From Salpingoeca rosetta (taxonomy: Eukaryota > Protista > Choanoflagellata), in the NCBI GenBank assembly GCA_033442325.1, contig JAWQFM010000028.1, forward strand, positions 978,095-1,005,126: 27,032 nt of DNA, written 5' to 3'. The notes beneath the pieces are model-generated. The model was not told where the DNA came from. It did no database searches and worked only from the letters and a program-made list of their open reading frames with translations. Numbering within the stretch: the first letter of the stretch is position 1; each line of letters begins with the position of its first letter. Below, one piece after another: positions 12,017-27,032 of the stretch. Both the position numbers and the translations under genes were made by a program.

Positions 12017-15000
12017 TGATGGGGTGGTAGTACACATTCACACGCATGCACACATGTACACATGTATGCCAACACACCACAGCAGTCATTGGCTGTGGGT
12101 GGTTGCACTGACGTGTGTCTCACATGAACCAATCCCACAACTCAAATGTGCGTGTGCGTATGCGTGGCTGCAGGCGGATGTGTGTGGGTTTCCCCAACCG
12201 AATCCCCTTCCCCCTTTCCCAACCAATCCCCTTTGCTCTGTGTCATCATCATCATCAGCCTTCCCCATGTGATGTGCAGCTGTTGAGGCGTGATCGAGAC
12301 TGCGGCCAACGCAGGTATTTCAGCAGTGCTGGATGTGGTGGTGGTGGTGGTGGTGATATTTTGTACTTACCTACCGTGCTTGCTTGCCTGGTGGGTGCTT
12401 GCTTCGTTGTTCTTGTGTGTAGGTGATGCACCCCGCCCACAACATGCTGCATATTCTAATGCGTGGTCCCTTGTGTCCCTCCTTTCATGTCCTCACCACC
12501 ACCGGTCATTGTTGTTCGTCTCTGGTTGGTTTCTTCTTGCCTCACAGGCATTCACGCAGGCAGGCTAGCTCGCTGCTACTACTGATGCTGCTGTGATGAT
12601 GGCCGTGCGTGTGCATGTGCGCTGTGCACCGTGTTTGGGGCTGCGCCGATGAAGACAAGGAAGGACACGGCCCGTGCCCGCCACTCTTCCCTCTTAATCT
12701 CCTCTTTCTGCTCCATCAGCGATGACGATGGTGGTCGTGGCATGTGATTGCGCTTCCTTTTTCTGGCTTTGCTGTGGCACATCGGCTGGCTGGCTGGCTG
12801 CATCAAGCACAGGTGAGGATAATCGTTGATGGTTGGTTGGTTGGTGGGCCGTGTTGTGTGGAGTGGTGGGAAGCAGGAGAAGCAGGGAAGTGACACGGTG
12901 ATGGTGATGGTGATGGTGGTGATGGTGCGACGTGGGAGTGCAGAGCGAAAGGAGGGAGAATGAGGGGGAGTGATAACAGGGCGATGATGTTGGTGGGGGG
13001 AATGGGGGTGCGCGTGTGTACATGCACGTGAATCGTGTGATGGTGGTATCACATGACAATGACGCACACATCAGTGGCTCATTCCTTTTGCTTGTACCTG
13101 TTTGTGATTGTGATTGTGTGATTGTGATTGTGACTGCAGCAGGCAACACACAGCAGTGGATGCTGGATTGGATTGGCTGGGGTTGATTGGGCGTCGTGTC
13201 GTGTCGCCCATTTCTCCCTTCGTTGTTCATCTCAACCGAGGACACACACGGCGATGTGTGCGTGCATGTGTGTGTGTGCATCGCTGTCAACCACGCCGAC
13301 AGCAACACGATGCACGAGGTGAGGGCACGCAATGCTGTGTGTGTTTGGTGGAAGAGGTTGAGGGGAAGTGAGAGGAAGGCGTTCATCATGGCCATCATCC
13401 CCACCATGGCTGTGCACCTGGTCATGTGACCGTGCATTGGGGGGATGGAGATGGGGAGAGAGATGCTGTCGTTGTGGTGGTTGTGGTTGCATTGCTGTGT
13501 ATGCGTGTGCATGGTGTTGTACCGTCTCACTCTGCAATGCCATGTGTGACACTGTGTGTGACTGCAGATGTGCGTGTGCGTGTGCGCATATGTCAGGCAG
13601 ATGCGTTGATTGACGACGAGGTGTGTGTGTGTGTGTGATTGGGGTTGACCTTTGTGTGCTTGTGCCATCACAACAACGCACAACAACAAGCACATCATCA
13701 TCATCATCACCCACCCCCATGTGTTGTTGCTGTCCACTCACGCATGACATGCTCACATCCGCCCCCTCCCCTTGCTTCTTCTCCTTCTTCCTCCTCCCCT
13801 GCTGCTGCCACCCCTTCCACTGTTTCCCTCCTCTCATTTTTCACACCCACAGAGGAACCCATCCACATCCAACACCCATGCCCACACGCATGCCACGCCA
13901 TTGCGAGCTGTGCCACCTCAACCAACCCAACTCAACCCAGGCCAAGGAAAGGAAGGGGGAGCAAGGACACAAGACGTTATGCTCCCAACAGATGTGTGTT
14001 TGTGTGTGTTGATGGACGGTGTTCTCCTTCCCCCCCCCCTCCATCACCTTGCCTCTTGCTTCCATGGCGATCTGGCTGGGTGGCTGTTGCCCCCTCCCCT
14101 TGTTTGTTTTCTCTTCCAGCCCTTTGTGGCTGTTGGCTGTCTGTTGTGACTGTGAGGAGGAGGAGGAGGAGGAGGAGAGAAGAGAAGAAGGGGATGAGAG
14201 GAGGGGTGCATGCTGTCCACAGCTGTGCATGTGTGTGTGTGTGTGTGTTTGGTTCTTCTTCTTTTCCATCCCCCCTTTCTTCTCCCCTTCCCTTCTTCCC
14301 TCCGCAGCCTGCAAGGCCTGTCAGCCTGCGTTGCATTCACACACACAGTGTTGTTCCCCTCGTTCTTCTGCTTCTTCTTCTTGTCTCATTGAAACCAACC
14401 AACTCAATCAACCAAGCAACCCAGCAACTCAGCAAGTCCGCCCTTCAACAAGCAAACGCAGAAAGCAAACAGCAGTTGCCGCACAACCGCAGCGGTGGGC
14501 GATTACTTGTGGCATCTTCCACAAATCGCCCAAACACGAACCAACAAGACCAACACACACAACCAGCAACAAGCAGCAAGCGAAACGCGAATCAAGGTGC
14601 GTGCGTGTGTGTTGGGTGGTGGCTTGCGTTGTTCGTGTGCATGGCTGGCGCAGGGTTGGTGGAGAGGAAGGAGAGGGTGCGCGTTGTGACGGGCACTCAC
14701 TGGCGGTCCTGTTGTGGGTGGTCTCGTTTGGTTCCATGGACTGTGTGGGGTGTGGTGGGTGATGGTGTGATGGTGCACAGGTGCAAGCAGACAACACGTA
14801 CAACAGCGCCCACAGCATGGACGTGTGCAGGGCCAAAGGCATGCAAGGCGTTGCCCACAGTCGGTGAGGCTGACATATGTGCTGCACAGGCCCATGGCAC
14901 GCTGGCACCGTGAGTTTGGGTGAGTTCTGTCAATTGGTTTGACCGCTGTGTGTGTGTTTGTGTGTGTTTGTGAAGGAGGGAGAGGTGGGAGAGGTGGACG

Positions 15001-17440
15001 TGGCTGTGGTGGGTGTTGTGATCTCACACGCACTCCCTGCTGTGGGTGCATGTGGCTCACGCACACACAGAGAGGGATGATGGGCTGCATCGGTCCACAC
15101 ACGCGTGTGTGAACACACACGCACACGCACACGCTGACAGGCAGTCTGATGCCACCTCACGGTGCGTTGCACTTGCATGTGTGTGATTGTGACTGTGACT
15201 GTGTGCATGTCGTTCATGCTGTGTCTGCTTGTGATTCACACAGTGTGTATGCGTGTGTGGTGGCTGCTTGCTTCTCTCTGTCTCACGCACATGTGTGTAT
15301 GGATGCTGACACACACGCAGACACACACACACAGTGGGTGTGCGTGCAGACACATCCCCACACAAGCAAGGCAGGCAGGCAAGCAAGGCAGGGCACACTC
15401 TGCCTTCTCTCCCTTTCTTCCTCTCCCTCTACTGCTGCTGCCACCGCTGCTACATGGATGGACCAGTGGATGCAAGGGGTGTTGGACGATGCTGGTTGGC
15501 TGATGTCCTTCCCTTGGTGCGTGTGTGCGTGTGTGTTGCGCTACTGCTTGTTCTTGTTCCCCCCTGTTTGTGTTTGTTGTGTCTGTTGTGCGTTGCTGCT
15601 TCGCTGTGTGCTTGTGTGTGTGTGTGTGTGTGCGTTCACCACAGCCACGTCGTGTTCGCCCATCACTATCGTCTGTGCTCACGCACCTCCCCATCTCTCC
15701 CTTGCTTCTTCTGCTTCTTCTGCTCCCTTCCCTCGTCCCTCTTTGTCATCCCCTCACACGCACGCGCACACAAACACGTGGACGCTTGTGCAGGGGGAAA
15801 GTGCAGGCTGTTTGTTGGAACCCATGGCAAGGCACGCACAACCAAGCAAGGACATGAGCAAGCAAGGACACAGGACAAGCAAGCAAGACGTGGGGCTGCT
15901 ATAGACCACGCACCTCGTTGGAGAAGGAGGGGAGCGTGAGCGGGTGGTGTTGACTGTGTTGTTGTGTCGTGTTGTTGTTGACAGCGTGCACGTCTCTCTC
16001 TTTGTGTTCTTCTGCCTTCCTCCCTCCCTTTCCCTTTCCCTTTCTCTCTCTCTATTCTCTCTTGCCACAGCATGTACACTGCTGCTGCTGCTGCTGTTCT
16101 TGTTGGTTGAAGGTGATGATGGCGGTTGATGGGGGAGTGAAGCGGTGTGGCGCAGCATGGAGCTGTCGCTTGTTGTGTGTTGTGTGCTGCGTGTTGCTTG
16201 CAGTTGATATGGGGATGCTTTCTCGCTTGTTCTTGCCACGTGTGTCTGTGTGTGTGTTTGCTTGCTGTCGTGTTGCTGAAGTGAAGTGGAAACATACAAT
16301 GCAACACGCATGTGCAGCTGTGTGTATCGTGTGATGGTGGTGGTGGATTGATGGTTGTGGATGGTTGCGGTGAAGTCAACACAGTGTGTGTTGTTGTGAT
16401 GCAAATTGGATTGGTGGTGAGCTGGGCGTGTGGCTGTGTAGTGGGTGTTGCATGCAGGTGAGGACAGCAGCACGTGGGAGTGTGGGGAAAGGATGAAGCG
16501 AGCGATGATGGCAGCGACTGGTGGTGATGAATGTGAACAGGGATGGTGGTGAAGAAGGCGGCAGTGTGGGCTTGATGGGTTTACGATGTGTTGTAGCACA
16601 TGCAGCATGAAACATGAACGAGACAGGAAAGGGTATGGGAAGGGGAAAGGGAAGGAGTGGCAGCACAAAGTAGTGAACAGGGACAAGGGAGGGCATGCAA
16701 GCACATGGCAACAGCAGCAGCAGTGGCAAGATTTGAAACAAGACAGGAGCGGGGTGGTGGAGGTGAAATAGACAAACAAGGCTTGTGGTGACAAGGTGGT
16801 GAAAGAAAGGACGAAGGGAAGCACGAATGCACACAGTGGGTTGTATGTGGTCCTGTGTTGTGTGAGGTGAAGTGAAGGACGAGTGATGTTGCGTGGAGAG
16901 GTGCTGTGTGGTGGTGAGTGGATGGAAGAGAGGGGGAGAGACAAGGGTGGGTGAAGCATATGGCAACAAGTGCAAAGCAACAATGTATCACATGGAATGT
17001 GGAAAAGCAAAGGGAAGAGGGACAGGCGCAAGTGAGTGAAGGGGGAGGCAGAGGGACAGAGCGGCACATGCATGGATGTGTTGTGCCGTGTTGTGTTGTG
17101 ATTGTTGCGGTGGAGCGAAGGGAATAGAAGCACAGACATTGCAAGCAGTAGCACGCATGCGCGAAGAGAGAAGGTGAAGTGGGAAGAGGAGAAGGCGATT
17201 GCAGCCAGCGTCGTACGCACCTGAACATATCGCTGCTGGAGGCGAGAGAGGAAGCGCAGGTGATGTTGGAGAGTGAGTCCAAGAAGCGAGGCGATGCTGC
17301 TGAGTAGAGTGAAGTGGAGTGGAGTTGTGAGGGGGTGACAGAGCGTTGTGTGAGTGATGGTGTGGATTGATAAAGGGTCGATTGCAGGTGCGTGCAGACA
17401 TGGTGGGTAATGCAGTGATACTGTGGCGGGTGAGTGGAGG

Positions 17441-18073
17441 CGTGTTGTGAAGTGAACAAGGTGGAAGCAGGAGAAGTTGTGGGTGCTTGCAAGCAACACG
17501 CACAGAGCAAGCAAGCGTACGCATGAGGTGTCTGCGGCGAGGAGACGGATTGTAGTGGAGTGGATTCAATGCAAGTAGGAGAAGCTGTGAGTGCTTGCGA
17601 GTGAATAGACGGATGTGGTGGAGTAAATACAATGCAAGTAGGAGAAGTTGTGAGTGCTTGCGAGTAACACAGCAGTGAGCAGATGGATGCGGTGAAGTGA
17701 ATCCAATGGAAGCAGGAGATGTTGCGAGTGAGTAGACGGATGGAATGGAGTGAATCCCGTGCAAGTGGGAGAAGTTATGAGTGCCTGCGAGTGAGTAGAG
17801 GGATGTGGTGGAGTGAATCCAATGCAAGCAGGAGATGTTGTGAGTGCTTGCAGACGGATGTGGTGGAGTGAATCCAATGCAAGTAGGAGAAGTTGTGAGT
17901 AGTTAGAACAAACACAGCAGCACTGCACAATCGCATGCAAGTGTGTCTGCCGTGAGCAGAGGATCGTTTTGCAGTGAATTCAATGAATGTAAGAGAAGGT
18001 ACAAGTGCTTGCGAGTAACACAGCAGCACTGCACAATCGCATGCCAGCGTGTCTGCAGTGAGCAGAGGATTGC
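17441..18073. repeat. Degenerate minisatellite: about 8 copies of a ~51-bp core separated by 4-56 bp linkers
   Basis: Core consensus GGATGTGGTGGAGTGAATCCAATGCAAGTAGGAGAAGTTGTGAGTGCTTGC starts near 17441, 17547, 17611, 17685, 17738, 17801, 17856 and 17961, with a truncated copy at 18067. Confidence 0.9.
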
Positions 18074-19662
18074 TACTCATCCAATCCACTTTAATCAGAA
18101 ACACGTTCCCGTGCCTGCAGACAACAGCTACACACAAACGCATGTACACAGACGTGTACACGTGTCCCTTGCGCTGCTCCTCGTCGTTCTCTGCCTGCTT
18201 GCTTGTCTCTTGTGCAATCACATGGAAACGAATCCATCCTTGCTTCTCTACTCCTCAGTTCCTCTGCTTTGCTTCTTCTTGCTTCAGCGAAGCGTGCCTG
18301 CAGGCAAGTAGAAGTGCACACAGTGCAGTGTGCTCGTGCGCACGTGTGCCTGTAAGCCAGCCACATGGTCTTGTCTCTGTTGCAGCAGCGCATAGCATGG
18401 TGCAGTGTCGTTTGCTCGCTTGCTCACTTGATCACCGGAGTAGGGAGACTGGGGCGGTGAAGTCAAAAAGGGGTTCAGAAAAAGTGCGATCATGTGATGA
18501 AAAAAGCCCCAAGCTGTGACGAGTAGTGTCTGAACACTGCGTCGCGAGGCACCAGTGCAGCTGTGCAGCTGATGTGCAGCATGCAAGCGAAGCAAATTGC
18601 ATGCATGCAAGCATTGGTTGGTCACGGGCCAGAGGAATCTGGGGTGTGAGCAGTGTGAAGAATCGTGATGCAGTGAAGCTGTGCGCATTTGCTAGATCCA
18701 GTCACAAATCTAGATCTAGCAGATTCACTGAATCTAGATTGCGGTGCCTGCAGGCAAAGTGCAGGAGGGCAAAGCAGCGATTCAAACAGCTGCCGCTCGA
18801 TGGATTGGCATACATGAGAGGAAGGATGCAAATGAGCAAGACAAAAAAGTAAGAGAGAAGGCAAAGGCAAAGAGCCGCTGAGTAGAGGCGCAAGCAAGAG
18901 AGCAAGGCGATTGTCGCTGAGCAGGATTGCTTGCGGGCACGAAAAGCCGCGTCTGCGCCCTTGCAGCTACAACTTCTCTTTCTTCTCGGGTCTTTGTTCT
19001 GCTGACCTCTCTCTTCATTTGTGTGTGTGTATGTGAAGTGTGTGTGTGTGAGTGCAGGCAAAGCGAAGCGACACAAGACTGTGTTGTGAGCAATGCTTGC
19101 ACGAGCACACATGCATGCGCAGCACATGCAATGAGAACAGCACGGGCGTGTGTGTGTGTGGATGCTTGTGTGTGGGTGATGCGTGAGCATTGTGTGTGGG
19201 CGTGAAGAGGCACATGTGGGGAGGCGAGCAAGCGATTGCTCGTGTCTCTGTGTGTGTTCTTGTGATCACTCGCATGAGCAAACGCATCTCTACTACACAG
19301 AAGCAAAGCAACACACGACATGCGCTTGTGGCGAGCAACGACTGTGTTTGCGGAAAGAGGGCGAGCTGATTGTTCAGCTTCCTCTGAGTGTGACAGTGTG
19401 AAGCGCTTGTCATTCCTCTCATACGAACACGCATTGTTGGCTCTTGATTGTTCTTCTCTCCTCACAGTGATGTGACGCAGCGAGACGCAGGAAGCAAGCC
19501 TGCACGCATGGTGCATTGAGACCCGGGCACAGCGATGTGCCTGGCGCGTAGATGACATGTGTGCGCATGAAGGGGCTTGCACTTTCCTTGTGTGTGTGTA
19601 GCTGTGCGTTGGGAGAAGGGCGATGAGCCAAGATGTGTTTGTGTGTGGGGGAACGGCTGGCA

Positions 19663-19762
19663 NNNNNNNNNNNNNNNNNNNNNNNNNNNNNNNNNNNNNN
19701 NNNNNNNNNNNNNNNNNNNNNNNNNNNNNNNNNNNNNNNNNNNNNNNNNNNNNNNNNNNNNN
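19663..19762. other. Assembly gap (100 N) truncating the RALGAPB model
   Basis: Exactly 100 N, next to the (GT)n tract that begins intron 15. Confidence 1.
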
Positions 19763-19783
19763 AACACACACACACACACACAC

Positions 19784-26526
<6,743 letters not shown>

Positions 26527-26531
<5 letters not shown>

Positions 26532-26813
26532 TGTGGTTGCCGGATGTCTGGGGCTGCTGGCGACGTGGGCTGTGACGTTCCAAACCAAGCAAAAGAGCGA
26601 GTTGGAGGGGTTGGAAGTCGACCAACCAAAGAAGCAAGCAAGCAGCACCGTCCTTCCTGTTTCGAGGCGGTTGTGGAAATATCTTGGGCATCTTTGGGCA
26701 TTATTCGACGACCGTTTCCCAGCAGCCCGACAACAACGACGCCACACAACAGCCAACAAACAGACAACGTGGGCGTGTGGTGTGTGCGTCAAGGCATCGA
26801 ACGCACGACTCGG
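26527..26813. promoter_or_regulatory. Probable bidirectional promoter region
   Basis: About 290 bp of non-repetitive sequence between head-to-head ATGs at 26293 (-) and 26814 (+). Positional inference only. Confidence 0.4.
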
Positions 26814-27032
26814 ATGCAGCAGCCGCAGCAGCAGGAAGGGGAGGTGGCATCCCTTCAAGCGACGCTGACTGAACGACACAATGCCGCCGTCGAGCAACTC
26901 CAGGCGACGAGGCCACGGCGGACTCGCCCGCACACCACGACGACTGACCTCGAAGATGATGATGATGATGATGATGGCAACGATGATGGCGACGACGACC
27001 ACAACGACGATGGTGCACGGCGCACGTCACCG
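26814..27032 (+). CDS. 5' end of a divergently oriented gene of unknown product (runs off the window)
   Basis: ATG at 26814 opens a stop-free frame to the window end: MQQPQQQEGEVASLQATLTERHNAAVEQLQATRPRRTRPHTTTTDLEDDDDDDDGNDDGDDDHNDDGARRTSP. Composition is coding-like, with an acidic tract. It is absent from the ORF track because it has no stop in the window. Confidence 0.55.
   Translation, partial: MQQPQQQEGEVASLQATLTERHNAAVEQLQATRPRRTRPHTTTTDLEDDDDDDDGNDDGDDDHNDDGARRTSP

Noticed and set aside
13639-14913. 424-aa plus-strand ORF
   Set aside because: It crosses microsatellites and intron-like pyrimidine tracts and has no recognisable domain.
15793-15835. GKVQAVCWNPWQ, resembling a WD40 strand
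   Set aside because: Only 12 residues with no flanking WD40 sequence; too little to call.
15754-17514. 586-aa minus-strand ORF and overlapping long ORFs
   Set aside because: Low-complexity His/Thr/Leu/Ser translation with no motifs. It is open because GT-rich non-coding DNA is depleted of stop codons.
17441-18073. CRISPR-like appearance (repeat plus variable spacer)
   Set aside because: The linkers are related to each other and vary from 4 to 56 bp, the repeats are degenerate, the context is eukaryotic and there are no cas genes.

Overview
Eukaryotic, intron-rich DNA at roughly 55% GC with many (CA)n/(GT)n microsatellites and three 100-N scaffold gaps. The style suggests a choanoflagellate such as Salpingoeca rosetta (inference only). 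Most ORFs in the six-frame track are microsatellite artefacts. Manual splicing supports: (1) a phase-consistent 15-exon minus-strand gene for a Ral GTPase-activating protein beta subunit (RALGAPB-like, 26293 to about 19784, about 1,130 aa, with a Q46 tract), whose C-terminal GAP-like domain is not visible, probably lost in the gap; (2) the start of a divergent plus-strand gene at 26814; (3) an unprocessed, heavily disabled exostosin (GT47) glycosyltransferase pseudogene, about 3900-8494 (+); (4) a degenerate importin-5 fragment, 208-535 (-); (5) about 11 kb without a recognisable gene, containing ghost exons, a core-plus-variable-linker minisatellite and a CTAG palindrome cluster. All homology calls are from remembered sequence motifs, not database searches. 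I found no convincing novel biological system; the best leads are listed as findings.
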